From Octopus sinensis (Eukaryota), in assembly GCF_006345805.1 (NCBI RefSeq), contig NC_042998.1:71672001-71736000 (forward strand): a stretch of DNA of 64,000 nt, read 5' to 3'. Shown here in pieces: positions 23,591 through 37,956 of the stretch. Below the pieces are notes generated by a model that saw only the letters and a program-made list of their open reading frames with translations, did no database searches and was not told where the DNA came from. A program made the translations under genes and the position numbers. Each line of letters starts with the position of its first letter. Within the stretch, counting starts at the first letter, position 1.

Positions 23591-25161
23591 ACAAGGGAGA
23601 CTGGTAAATAAACATAATAATACTATTAAATATGTTTTGTGTCAAATGATAAAGAAAGTATATACTGTACTAGCAGAGCAGGACGATTACTTTAAGTTCT
23701 TCTGAACTGTTTATTCAAAATAGAGTTGCAAATTATATTATAAATATGCATACTTAGAACATCATGTGGTCTCTAATTGGAGGAAGTTCACTGCAAATTC
23801 AGGTGTGTATTTTGAGCTCTAAAATATAGGACCTAAAACATGACACACTATATTTATCCTGTTTAGAGATTAATGATGTACTACAAATTACTGCATACTT
23901 AATGTTTCTGAATCATTTTGCAGTCAGTGGTATTTCTACATAACTGGATATGTTACTACTGGGAAGGACAGACAGGACAATTTACTCTGACTTTAGTTGC
24001 ATCTTTATTATATCTATTTACGTATAATACATCATTCACGTCCTATAAGATGCATTATATTGACGTCTCTAAATGTATCTGTTACGATATTTACAATCCC
24101 TGATGTGAATTATTTATTGAGAAATTATAGCGTCTGTTCATAATACAAGTAAGTGGATATCTGATATATTTAACTGTCTACACCAATTGATTTATTGAAT
24201 CAATTAAATTCTCTTCAGTAGGATGGGAGATTGAAGTAATTTTAGCGTATTTACAATCATGCCAATAGCGCTTCATAGAGCATACGTTGCTGCGAAGTAG
24301 AGATAGAAAAGTTACAACGGGAAACAATACGAAATACTGTGTTAGGCTTACGGTGTAGAAATAATACTGAAACAGCTTAACAGGAGAGGTGAAAATGAAT
24401 AGAGATATGTTGAAAAAGTGTAAATTAAGGATTTGAAACCAGTATTTTCATGAATTCATTTACAGCTTCTTGATGAAATATATAATTTAACACGACTCAT
24501 ATATCAGATTGTAGTTGTATTTCGGGCATTATAAGAGTAGCTGCACAATGTTAACTACGGAGAGAAAGGTCACATAAAAACGATTATAATGCGTACAACA
24601 TGAAGGACAAATCTCATTTTGGTTAATCAACCAGTTAGAAGAAATATATTTTAATAAGAAATATCTATCGCTATAATAATATAGCGTAAATCGAAAAGAA
24701 AATTTCATCAGGAAATTACCATGTTTATATACACGGCAGCCTGGATTAGACATTTAGTTCGTATAAAATCTAAAAGTAGTTCTATCTGAAAGGTTCATTC
24801 AAAGATGAATAATACAATTCAAGTATTCATTCATAATGAAAAATGAAAACATCACTTTATTGATTTTATATCTGAGTCCTGATCCACCGTCGTTTAGCAT
24901 ACATACAGGCAAAGGTCTTCAAACCGTGAACATCCTGTTGCTGTCGTAAATCTCATGACACTTAGAGAAATATTCGTCTGGTGTACACACACATGCACAC
25001 ACGCATACACTTGTTCTCTGTCCCTCTCTCTCAAATGCATAAAGACACACACATGGTAGTTATGTACATACATGTATGCATACACACACACACATACGCA
25101 CACACACACACCCATATATATATATAAAATGCACATATTGACTGCTAACTCCATAAGTTTC

Positions 25162-25230
<69 letters not shown>

Positions 25231-25661
25231 TTTTGTATCCAGAAGACCCAAATGGCAGGTAAAGCTATGTAAGTACTACGGAAGCACCGCTGTTAAACTC
25301 CTGGTTCAATAATCGTATGAATGAAGAGTCTAAGGTGGGTCCTGTTTCACCGTGTATATATTAAATAAAATAAGATAACAAGAACGAGGTAATGTGATAT
25401 TGCTAGGAGGTTTATAAAGCGAAAGTTTGTCTTACAGATGTTTCAAGGAAATAAATGATAAACGATCATATAAATTAGGTCAAGTAGGACATTTTTACTA
25501 AGGTATATGGTAAACTTTGACAGCTTCTCATTTTGCGCCATTATTATACGGTGACACTCTTTATATTTTGTGAGAAAGCGGACACACATGTTTTCTTATT
25601 CTAACTCATTTTGCGCTTCATAAAGCATCTATAAATCTTTTATTGCTAGTTTTGTTTAGAG

Positions 25662-26653
25662 ATGGATAAATCGGAAATTCGTACAGTTTTGAAATATGAG
25701 TGCTTTATTGGAAATACAGCATGCCAGACAGCTTGGAATATTAATGGACTATTTCATTCTATTGTTATTACACCGCAGTCAGCATCAAATTGCTTTGCAA
25801 AATTTCGTTCTAGTAACTTTGACCTCACAAATGGTCAACGCGGTCAACCAGAAATAAAGGTGGGTAACGACAAACTGAAAGCCACCGTTGAATCAGATCC
25901 ACCTCAACGTGCCCGTGAATTATCGTTGTTGTTTGGTGTTAGCAAGCAAACTATATTTACTCGCCTAGTTCAAATCGGTAAAGTGAAAAATTTGGATAAG
26001 TGGGCTCCATATGAATTCAATGAAAATCAGAAATAGCAAATGTTGGAAGCCTGCATTATGCTAGTTTCTTGTCACAAAACGAATAACTTTTTAATCGAAT
26101 TGTAACATGTGATGAGAAATGAATCTAAAACAGCAACCGTAAAAGTTCACCAAAATGGCTGGATAAAGACGAGCTATTAAAACAGTCCAAAAGGCAAAAT
26201 TCATCAAACGAAGTCTGACGGTATGTGTTTGGTGGTCTGGCGCAAGTGTGGCCCATCATGATTTCATTGAACCTCACTCATCAATCAAGGCCGAAGTATA
26301 CTGCAGCCAACTGGACCAAATGATGCAGAAAGTTGCAAAAACAGCCTAGATTGGCCAACCAATCTACTCCAGTTTTATTGCAAGACAAATCCACACTACA
26401 CATCGCGCAAATGACATCGGACGAAACTATAGAAGTTGGAGTTGGAAGTTCTCCATCATCCACCATACTCAGCTGATCTTGCCCCCACTGACCACCACTT
26501 CATCCAGAATTTATATAACATTTTGATAGGGAAAATTTAATTCCGACGATGCTGTAAAACAAGCCTTCCAAGATTTTACAGTTCCGTGCTGGACAAGCTA
26601 CCGCTGAAATGCTAAAGTGCACTGGCAATATGGGTGCATACGTTGATGAATAA
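25662..26653 (+). pseudogene. Mariner (Tc1/mariner) transposase, inactivated by stops and frameshifts
   Basis: N-terminal HTH region MDKSEIRTVLKYE...RGQP...ARELS...VSKQTI...LVQIGKV...KWAPYE. Catalytic remnants CDEK* (about 26108), LLQDK and HPPYSADLAPTDHH. Terminal inverted repeats not identified. Confidence 0.85.
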
Positions 26654-26690
26654 AGCTATACCTTGCTATTCCTACGACGTGTATATATGC

Positions 26691-26755
<65 letters not shown>

Positions 26756-28498
26756 TAGATAGGATACATACATACATACATGCACACATACACACACATA
26801 TAAGGGGTTCCTTTCAGTAGCATTTTTTGTGGCTAGGGGCTATAATATGGCAGTTGCTTAAGGCGGGACGCTATGGGCCTGAACCAGGAAGAATTTATTC
26901 GATATATTTTACAGAAGCCCAGATTTGTAAAGAAAAATAAATATTTTTTACCTCTTGTGTGTGTTACTGCCAATTTACCATCGGTTTAATATACGAAGGT
27001 TGAGGAGGATTTAAGTACGTTGACAGTAAAAGGACACTGCTCATAGTTCCGGCGTTCAGGGGAGTAAATTTGATTGAATTAAATTTATTACGCGGTAAAT
27101 TTAAGTATTATTTCCTTCCGATCTCAGAGTCGAGGAGAAGATTCGCAAAAGTTGTGGATGATTCGTGTTGATCATTCTTTCTGTAAACTGAGAAAGTATC
27201 ATTTAATTTTCCGATAAAGATATTTCCTATCTGACCACGAATATTAAAGTACATGCAAATAATGTGATAGTAATTTACAGCTAATTTCAACGTAAGTAGT
27301 TGATGGGAAATACAGTGTAATTGCTATAAATACTCATAAATAACATTATCAATGATTTTATCAAGGTCCTAATCAATAGCAAGAAAATTATACAAAACTA
27401 CAATATGTATTTTCTTTTGCTCTTCTATTAAAATCTTAAAGAAATGCGCAGATTCTCAGCTGAGATACGGACCTCCGTTCTTGACAGCGCATTAAATATA
27501 TGAATAATTTACACGAAGAAATATTACTGAAAAGAATACAGAATTAATTCTACTTTGATAAAGTGGGGTCTTAAATCAGAATTATTTCTTCTTGATATTC
27601 TAAACAGAAATAAACACATAAATTTGCATTTAAATCCATATTTAATCTTTGGCTTGTTTGCTACTGAAACATAATCAGTTTAAGTTCAGCAATGAGTGAT
27701 ACAATTTGTGGACTGAATGAGTTTAATAGCGAAACCGATTCTACATTTTTGTTTGTAACTGTATTAACTCTAAAGGGTTATAGGACTTTATTGAGGTTAT
27801 CAATTTTTTGATTTTTAGCATTTACATTTTAATATGTTCACATTACACGTTGCATTATGTTAATGCTGGAAGCGTGGTTGGATTTCAGCGTTGCAACAAG
27901 CAGTTCGGAATATCAAACAGCGTTTCGATTGCATGACATTTTTACCTTTTAGAAACGTAAAAATATTTTTTAACGCAACCTTTATAAAACTTTCGACATC
28001 CTTATTCAGTTACACGTAAGGCTGCATAGAGTTGTTCCACAAAAGGTTACATTGCCATCAATGTGTTCAATTTTGATATATATATAATATATTATATTAT
28101 ATTTATATTATATATATTGTGTTGTGTGGTGTGTGGTATACAACAGTATATCAAAATATACTAAACATATATTGTGATTATATTCCTTTGAAAGGGCACA
28201 TCAAAATTTAGTGAATGTCATTCATATTTACATACATACATACGTACATACCTATATGCATACATATATATATATATTATATATATATATATATATAGAT
28301 ATATATATATATATCTATATATACAGCGAGCGGTAATATCCATTCACACTTAAACGTGGAAGTTCTATTAAAACAAATTTTACTGCATTTGATACTATGA
28401 GAGAATCTCTCATAGAGGATCTGGATGCAAAATGCCCGCTTGTTTATTTCGGTCACATGGACATAAAACCTCATCAACTCCAATGCTGAGACCAACAG

Positions 28499-28534
28499 AT
28501 CACTAAATTCGACTTAATTAGTCTCGTCAGTGAT
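28499..28534 (-). other. Isolated minimal hammerhead-like motif, degenerate
   Basis: Minus strand ATCA-CTGACGA-GACT(AATTA)AGTC-GAA-TTTA-GTGAT. Core and stem II are perfect; the GAAA and stem III region is imperfect. Confidence 0.35.
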
Positions 28535-29619
28535 GGACGCTCGACGGCTAGAGTACCAACAACCCCTGCCCGCCAGCGATATATAGAAGATAGTGCTAGA
28601 ACAGGCATTGGGTGTTGCGATAAGTCAGTGACCTTTTTAAGAAATATGTATTAGCGACAGAGGCAGTACTAATACCAAGAGGTAATATTTATTCCCATTT
28701 AAATGTTGATGTTCCTTTAGAATACATATTCAAGCATGGGGTTTTTATCGCCCCACTAGCGAAGTAAGCATGTATGCATTTTGCATTAAAACTCAGTTTC
28801 AATTCAGATTATAAGGTGCATAAATACACAACACACTGACAACACTCAGCGCTAGAAGCTTCAAAACTTTCCAAATCTTGCATTAAGATTGCACGTGTCT
28901 ACAGAATGCTCAGTAAGCTTACACGTTATCTGTTTGTGTCGGATTTTGAGTTGAGAGTTACTTCCCTTAATCCGAAATCCATAAAACTATGGATTTATAT
29001 TATTATCACATGCATATAAAACATGATAAGCTATGAAAAGTCATTATGCGCAAAGCCACGAGTGTCTTAGAGTAGAAACGGTTAAAATTATTGTTCCATT
29101 TGTATTTCATAGTTTTTGTTAAATATTTCAGTATCTTTTCATCCATGCGAGCATGCAGATACACATGCGTGCACACATACATACACGAGTACGCCTACTC
29201 ATAGGTATATATAACCTCTCACATTATTGCTTCCTGCTAATATAAGCACGTAATTACAGGTGACACTTAAATATTAGATAAACCTGGCACTTTTCCTAAG
29301 TTCATACCGATTCCTTCACAAAAACCTTTTCTCATCAGAAGAACGAGGTGGAATCCTCCTTCCATGACAACCGTAACCACCGTATGGATAATAACACCAA
29401 CACATACACTCTTCGGTCCTACAAAATGCTCCACACAGTCGGCAACTTGACAAATTCGAAACTGATATACTTCCTATGAATAGGAATATTAAAGTCTCTA
29501 ACTATGAATCCCCTTTCGAAAGAAAATTTCCCCAAACTATGAAACGAGTCAGCTCATCACCTAAATTGCTTTTCTTGCAGATGAAACCGGCACTCCTTTC
29601 TTCCTTTTCTATTCCTCTT

Positions 29620-29658
29620 TCTTTCTTTCCTTCTGTTCTGTTCTTTCTTTCTTTCGTT

Positions 29659-29725
<67 letters not shown>
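29620..29725. repeat. (TTTC)n microsatellite
   Basis: Direct reading of the sequence. Confidence 0.95.
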
Positions 29726-30468
29726 ATCTTTCTTCTTTCCTCCTCTATTCATTTTGACCGATGCCATTTCCTTCCTGGCAGAATACTTCACTATTTTCTT
29801 CTCTCAATCTACTTCCTCCTAACTGTATATTATCAAAATTTCATTAACACTACAGGATCATTTTGTATGAATAGCACATGGAATTAATATCTGCAAACTA
29901 TTCATTTATAATAACAAAATATGAATTCCTATCGGCATTTACATACCGTGGACAAAAATACTCTCTACCCTTTCTATATAGCACATTCGTTGTATAATGG
30001 AGCAGCAACTTTAACACCCAACATATACTTTTCTTATCCTCATACTTCCTTGTGTACTTATTATATCTCTCCTTTTCGAAAGTAACTTCTTACATTGAAA
30101 TCCACTATTTTCTTCTATTTAGTACTCGCATATCGTCTCTGATGTTTGGATAGCTTTATATCCCTGAAACTGCTGTAAGTCTATCTTTCACTTTATAAAA
30201 GTCCTAAAAATTACATACTACCTTGGCTTTGTTGTCTCATTTTATTTAACGCACACACATTTCTTTAATATATACACATACGTGTGTGTGTGTGTGCAAC
30301 ATATGTGTATAAATATGAACAAATATTTATTTCTAATAGAAGCGTCGACATGATTGTAGTATGATACAAATAAGAAAGATATTTTTGAACGCAGATCTGC
30401 TGTTGAAACAGAAATAGAGTGTAAATTACCCTTACAATGCTACAAACTTGTTAGCAACTGGCCATGAG

Positions 30469-30509
<41 letters not shown>

Positions 30510-30774
30510 TGGCACTTTCTTTTCGCCTTTACGTTTTTTACTATGCTGCTGCCTACAAGTGAACCAACCTTCACGAGACTTTGCATACATTTTAAACTTA
30601 TATCCAGTTCAATTATAGACGAATTAGGTTTCAGTAAGGACCGATAATCCACCCTTCCGATATGAGTTGAGATAATATATGATAAAATGAGAAGGGTGCA
30701 AGGATTGTAAGGTTGAGGGAATCGTGGTGGCATAATGAGGCTTGCTAATATCAGGTAAGAGGAGTAGACCGGCA

Positions 30775-30778
30775 AAGA

Positions 30779-30818
<40 letters not shown>

Positions 30819-30845
30819 GAGAAAAGGACAGAGTGAGAGAGAGAA
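30775..30845. repeat. (GA)n microsatellite
   Basis: Direct reading of the sequence. Confidence 0.9.
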
Positions 30846-31629
30846 AGTGTTTACTGAACGGAACAGCGAATTAAAAAAAAAGTTACCTATTAATTAACGC
30901 ATTCGCTTTAGTATATTAACTATCGTATGCTCAGTCAAAATTTTAACAGTATATCCAACAACAGATGTAAAGCGAAGAAGTAAAAGGTAAAGGTTTTTAT
31001 ATTTGTTTTCAAATCACCGTATTAAGATTTATTAAAACATAACCAACGTCCTGAAAAAATAAAACTAAACATAATGTTATTCATTTTCTTCCATACGTGA
31101 ATAGCCCGCCGTTGTCGGGCATTTTTTACAATAGAATGCTTCAATATAAATTTATATATATATCCCATGTCAGACCATGACTTCCCCGACAGAGAGGCCT
31201 CTTGATCAGGCCAAGTTTGTGTAATTTTTCACAAAATAATCCCTTGACGATCTTTTTCCTTTTAAATCTATTTACATGTTTATTCAACCGTATCATATGA
31301 CTTTATTCGTTAAAACATTCAAACTTAAGGAATTCTTACAACTTTAGTCGTTGTAATGCTTCGCTTTTGTTTGATTTTGATTTCATTTTGTGATAGACAA
31401 CATTCATGCAGAAAATGCCAGCTTCCAAATGCTGCTTTCTGATTAGGTAAAATTGATGTACCTTTAAACCCTAATATATTTAAGAGATGAGGAATTGTGT
31501 ACATTATTTACATTCGACGGATGTTTGTCCTCATCTGTCTGCTGTTAACACAACGTTGGGCTGAATACCATCCAGCCTTCTGTAGGTGTCATATATATTG
31601 GTGGTGGTTTGGACACGTAGATAAATCTC

Positions 31630-31671
31630 GTATCATATATAGTATATATATATTTATATATATATCTATAT

Positions 31672-31716
<45 letters not shown>

Positions 31717-31850
31717 TATATACACATATATATATATATATATATATAATATATATATATAAATATGTATAATATATATATATATATATATATATACTAT
31801 ATATATATATATATAATATATATATATATATAAATATTTATATATATATA
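31630..31850. repeat. Long interrupted (TA)n tract
   Basis: Direct reading of the sequence. Confidence 0.95.
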
Positions 31851-32030
31851 CCAATTAAGGACTGAACACGAAAAGGTGGACAGTCAACATGCTAGATATA
31901 GACGTCAAATCGCCATTCTCCACAAGGATTATGTTCTCACATAATCCTCTGTGGAGAATGGCGATTTGACGTCTATATCTAGCATGTTGACTGTCCACCT
32001 TTTCGTGTTCAGTCCTTAATTGGTATATAT
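31844..32030. repeat. Near-perfect palindrome with ~90-bp arms and a 4-nt loop
   Basis: CCAATTAAGGACTGAACACG...GGATTATGT TCTC ACATAATCC...CGTGTTCAGTCCTTAATTGG. About one indel between the arms. Confidence 0.9.
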
Positions 32031-34928
32031 AAATATTTTAATCTTGGATTCTTTTTAATGTGCTTAGACCACTGGTTTTAATTGACTAATTCAATTTCTA
32101 CCCTTAATTTTTAATATATATATATATATATATACTGGTGGTGGTTTGGATATGTAGATATATAATAGTTGCGATTACTTATGTATGTATGTTTGTATGT
32201 ATGGCTGACACAAAACGACGAATATTCATGTATACCCAAACACACACATATGCACACACAAATATAAATAACATCAATGGTCTTTATTTTTTGGTTCTTT
32301 TCTGGTTTCCCTGATAAAACGTATTCAGCTTCGAATATAACGCAGAGACGAACACAGCTACTTTTGGGTATACAAACAGAAACAACTACCAAAATTTAAT
32401 TCCATGTTAACGTCGAGATATTCTGAAAATATTCATTATCTGGAAACGTTTATCTTTTGAAATCGTTCGCATGCAATTATGCCTAAGATTGAACTTTTGA
32501 AATTGCGTATTAATTTATTCAAAGTGTTTATACATCGTATGTAGACTCATACATCTACACACACACACACTTACACGCATTTGTATTTGTGTATCTCTCT
32601 CTCACACTCCCTCCCTCTCTCTCTGTATATATATATATATATGTATATATATATTGATACATAGATAGATAGATAATTTTCTCTCACTAGTCAATAACAA
32701 GCGATTAGTGAAAATAATGCGTACTTCCGTACCAAAGCCAGCACCACTTCCCCACACACGCATTGAAATATTTCAGCATTCCTTTAACCAGAGAATACCT
32801 CGTTTCTGTTTCAATGTCTGCAGCACATTTCTGTTCATAATTAGTGGGTGACATATTGATCTCGAGTGAACCATATCATTAGTCTTGAAGCCCAGTTTGA
32901 GTGATACAGAAACATAAACACTTCCTTTATAAACTAACAATGGACCGTCTCTGAAAAGTTTTGCAGTAATGTTCTTCCTCCTGTTGAGAAGAAAGAAACA
33001 GAAATAAAAGTGGTATATTTGGATGTTTTTATGAGGAAGAATAAATAACAAAAAATGCATAGGTATGTAAAACCAAAAACTGCAAGCAACATTAATATCT
33101 TAAGCGATATATTTTATACCAGAAACTTTCAAAATGGAAGCGAATTGCTGTATCTTAAAATCCATCGAAAGAAATAGATGCAGATACAGAAAAAAAAACG
33201 AAAAAAATCACAAAATGTATTCTGAAATGTTTATTTGATTTGTCTCTTTGCATAAGCGCATAAAAATATAGCAGAGATCCATAAAATATATCCAGTAAAC
33301 GACCAACGTTGAAAGAAATTTATATATACTTACGATTTCTACTCCCTTTTTAGCAAAAGGACTTTCTGTGAAAAAATGCAATACGTGTACGCCAATGTGT
33401 GTACTTGTGTGTTTCTTTACTTGATGTATATGTAATTACTTAAATATGATAATATGCACATGCACACATATGTGTATATGTATGCATACAATCATATATA
33501 TATATATATATATGATATGCATACATATATATGCAAATAGGGGTACATGTTTGTATAAGTATACACATATAGATAGAGATATGTACTCCTTCATATATAT
33601 ATGCCTATATATTTCTATGTAATTTTTATACGTGTACAAATCCACACATACTCCCGCACATACTTATGTAAGAATTACTATCTGCAAATGTTATCTTTCA
33701 ATCATAAAAAATACTTCCAGTGATATGGGAATCACTTAAAAGCAGGATTGAATCGTACATTTGCTAGGCTTTTTTTTATGTGTGCGTGCAAGAAATTTCT
33801 ATTGCGAATTCCTTTTACAGTTGCTGCAATACACCAAGTATATTTTATGACATTCCCCCTTTCTCTAAACATCCTTGCATATTCAGAATCAGTAAGATGC
33901 ATTAAATGCCTTCACCTTTACCTTGGATTGTTTAATAACTTGATACGCACTTCAGAATTAAAAAAATCTTGCTATTATATGACTTTAGCTGTGTTGATGT
34001 CATGTCATTAGTGTACTTTGTTATAATTGTATACGTCAGGGTAATTTGCCTTTGAAAAATGAGTAAGGGGTTGTATAGTCTTGTTTCTAATACACACAGA
34101 CATACATATAGACAGACACTTACGTACATGCGTTATGCTCATATGAATGCACACTCATTCAGTTATTTAACAGTTCTGACCATGATACGTTTTTCCACGC
34201 CAAGCCAGGAATTTCATTGGGGGACGGACATTAAATTTGGTAGGTTCCCACGCGCACTAGCCATTATTTTACAACTCCATGGGTCGTAGAGTATCGTTTG
34301 AAATACTCAATATTGGCTTACATGACGAAATTTTGATGAGGTCCGATTGACTACTGTTAGGTGCATCTATTGGTGTTGTCGAATAGCTGTTCCCAGAAAA
34401 CTTTCCCCGCAGCCAGCGATATTTTTGCGTTATTATCAACGGTTATTAAATAAATAATAAATAAATAAATAAATAAATAGATAGATAGAACAGCATTGCT
34501 CACTTCGTCAGCCTCTCCTTATGATAATCTCTACCTTTACTCGCCTGATACTAAATTCTATCTTATACCCATTTTCACCTGACTTTTTCTTCTCCCATGT
34601 TTACGTAGTGAAAGTACGCTTTCTTTAATCTCTTCGTCAGCCTAATGCCGCAAGAGGATCCACGCGTTATTGCTTTCGCTCAGCTATCTAGATCATAAGG
34701 TGTCCATTACTTATTATTTTCTACTATTTCGGCTCTAAACGTGTTGGAAGTTAGTTGCTTTTATATAAAATATTTGTTCACGCCCAGTAATATAGATTCA
34801 AATAACAACGACAAATGACAGTGTTGACTGAATAGAGAAACAGTTCATATGGACACAGGCGGGTTATGTTAAGCACAGAGTGAGAAAAAATAAACTACAT
34901 TAACTAGTTAATAATTCTATCGATATCT

Positions 34929-35142
34929 AGGCGGCGAGCTGGCAGAATTATCAGCACGCTGGTAGAAACGCTTAACGGCATTTCGCCCGTTTTTACGCTC
35001 TTGGGTCCAATGCTGCTAGGGCTGACTTTACCGTTCATTATCTCTAGGTCAATAGAATAGATACCAGTTGAACAATGTGGTCGTTGTAATGATTTGCATC
35101 TTCCTCCAAAGTTGATAGTCATGTGCCAAAGTTTGAAACCAA
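34929..35142 (+). mobile_element. tRNA-derived SINE, family A, diverged
   Basis: AGGCGGCGAGCTGGCAGAA head and a body similar to the 1014 copy. Confidence 0.75.
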
Positions 35143-36884
35143 CACTTTTTTCGATGTTAGTTATTTTAAGGTATTTGCGGTATTGAGATATCAAAGGAAG
35201 TGTCTAAGGAATTCACCAATTACAATCTTTGAAATCTAGTGGCGTGTAATATGATGAGAGATACTGTTGTAATGCGATGAATAGCAACATTGTAAGACAA
35301 AGCGTTATCTATAATCAGCCAATCAATTTTAATCTCCAGATATATTCAGAGAGTAAGATGGGGAGGAATATTTCGGAGAGTAAATATTTGCTTTATTTCC
35401 GAGTTTTTTCACCACTCATATATAATTGGTGTTTAGAATAGAGACAGTAGCTTCATAAATTAATGCTTTAGGAAAACATACGCCGCTGAGAGGGTTGATA
35501 TTAATGATGAAATAATGAAATAAAGAAAAATGTGCATGTTTATACATGTGAGTATATCTTCCATATACACTGCTACAGATGCAGCGAATATTACGCTACA
35601 AGTCTTACAAATATGACAGCACCATATATGGAAATGATGTATAGGGACAAAGAGAAGGTGTTTATTTGTAATTTTTAGGAAAGCGTTGAAAAGAATTATA
35701 TAATTTTTAAAAACTGAGATGGATTACACCATATTTTTGTGGATTTTACCCTTTTGGTATTAAATCTGTTTTGTAGTTAATATGTTCTTTAAGACAGTCT
35801 TCTATACACTTTAGTAATAAAAAAAAATGGATAGAATATTCCCCAAAACGTTGCAGAAGCAATTATTTATATTACTAATGACGCAAACCGATAAAAGCAA
35901 CTACTACGCTGGGGTAAACATTGATGAATATAAAGGAAACAATTGTCAAACGAATCTTAAATGCTGACGAATATTTCTATGTAAATGAGGAAATGTAGTT
36001 AGTAATAAACGAGTGATACCACGACACAAATTATCGTATGTTATAGAAATTCTACGATCTTGAATTTGTGAATTCTGTTACTTGACTCTTAAATGTCAAG
36101 TGAATTGAATTTTGATATATGTTTCTTCATTACTAACAATAATGAACTCTAACTTCACGTTATTCTATTCAGAGATATGCTGAAAGAAACGTTTCTGTAC
36201 ATTACGTTGGACGTGTATATAAGTACATACGGATAGAATTTGCGTGTCATTAGAGAATTTTAATGTTGCTGGTAGATGTCATCGTTGCAGAATGAATGAG
36301 AAGTGTGGAGCAACCAATTATTTATGTGAGGAAATCAGCTGGGATCTTAAATACGAAGACAATGTCATTGCTAATAATACGAACACTTTAACCAAGGAAT
36401 ACAAATCTACACTACATCTTTGATCAGTTATTCCTAATCTACAAGACACATCTAAAAGTATGAATATTAAATATAGCGGAGATCAAGCCTACATGCTGTA
36501 GATATGAAAATACTGGAATCTAACAAAGTTTTCTTCCTCTCATAGATTGAGGCAAGATTCATTTGGATCACGTGTGTGCGATTAACAGTATAAATCGTAA
36601 AACATGAGGTCCGATTAAACATTTCAAAATTCAAATGCAACTTCATGCGAAAAAATGCAAATTAACAATTTATGCCATATGCCATAGAGAACATTTGCAC
36701 CAATCTCCTTTCTCCATTAACTGCTTTGCTACCTGGCTTTATTTCTCCTGCGCCTACAATGCCATGGCCTTTTCTTGATTTCAGTTTTCTATCGGGAATA
36801 AAGAAAGCGGCTTTCGGAGTTTCATAAGGGTTTGGTCGTTGCATAACATTATAATGTTATACATGAAATTATGTTCTTTTTACT

Positions 36885-37068
36885 CTAGGTACAAGGCCCG
36901 AAATTTTTGGGGAGGGGCCAGTCGATTAGATATACCCCAGTACGCAACTGGTACTAAATTTATCGACAACGAAAGTGTGAAAAGCGAAGTTGGCCTCGGC
37001 GGAATTGAACTCAGACGAAACACCACCAAGCATTTTGCCCGGTGTGCTAACGGTTTTGCCAGCTTACC
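36885..37068 (-). mobile_element. tRNA-derived SINE, family A
   Basis: Reverse complement of the family-A head and body (CCCCAGTACGCAACTGGTACT...CCTCGGCGGAATTGAACTC...TGCCAGCT). Confidence 0.8.
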
Positions 37069-37586
37069 ACATTCACGAAATTATATTCTATAATACATTG
37101 CTCCTGCGAAACGAAACACTTTTAATACATAACTAAATTAAAATACAGAAGAATTACTAAGAAAATGTTACCATGCAATTTGTCTATTCAAAGCATTTAT
37201 TCACTAAATTCAGTGGGCGCTTAACGCAGTATGTCTAGTTCATGTTTAGTTAAGTAAGTTGCACAGCTATTCATGCATTTTTTCCCAGCAAGCATGATTT
37301 ATATAAACATGTTTACATATCTTATAACATAAAATATTGGCTAAAAAATTAAACAGTTAACTTCTATAGCACAATATAGCACCAAACAATTCCATTGTTC
37401 AAATACCATTTTTTTACATATCATTCAGTAGGTGCATATATCAATATATATATATATATATATCACAATCAAGGAACGGCCATAATAGGCCATTCACCCA
37501 CTAGAAATAACAGCCAAAAAGCTTCAACCGCAAAATAACATTAATTCTGTAAACCAGGAGAAAATTAAAAAAACATTTACCCTGAA

Positions 37587-37691
37587 ATTCCTTATACGAT
37601 GCACCGTTTCGTCTACTGTTTAATGGCAAGCTACCTGATTAAATTAAATCAAGCCAATCTACCATAGGCCCTTAGATTCATCAGTAAGAAT
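37587..37691 (-). ncRNA. Type I hammerhead ribozyme in the inverted copy (1-nt deletion in the 5' strand of stem I)
   Basis: Reverse complement of the array motif: TCATCAG at 37678-37684, TTTC at 37607-37610, TAC at 37595-37597. Confidence 0.7.
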
Positions 37692-37956
37692 AGCCAAATC
37701 GGAACAGATATTTTTCACGAGGCATTCACGTCCATGCCTCGCCAATATCTGACATAAAATTTTCAAATCGTCGCACTCGCGCCAAATTTATCGGCAGCAA
37801 ATAAATATAAGCCGCCGATTCCATTACGGAACTAACCAGAAAATTCATAATTAATCAATATAGGGAGGCAAAAAAATTTTGTAGAATTCTACAAAGCGGT
37901 TGAAGCTTTTTGGCTGTTATTTCTAGTGGGTGAAAAATATCTGTTCCGATTTGGCT

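Noticed and set aside
29280-29600. Possible Tx1/L1 C-terminal remnant on the minus strand (SLGKFSFERGFIVRD)
   Set aside because: The match is too weak to call without an alignment. The CTGATGA inside it has no stem II or GAAA partner.
31090-31135. Helitron-like 3' hairpin GCCCG/CGGGC
   Set aside because: No downstream CTAG terminus and no Rep/helicase remnant seen.
37460-37890. Second ribozyme on the antisense strand of the unit (viroid-like ambisense design)
   Set aside because: No CUGANGA core found by eye on the opposite polarity. The minus-strand hammerhead here is just the inverted copy.
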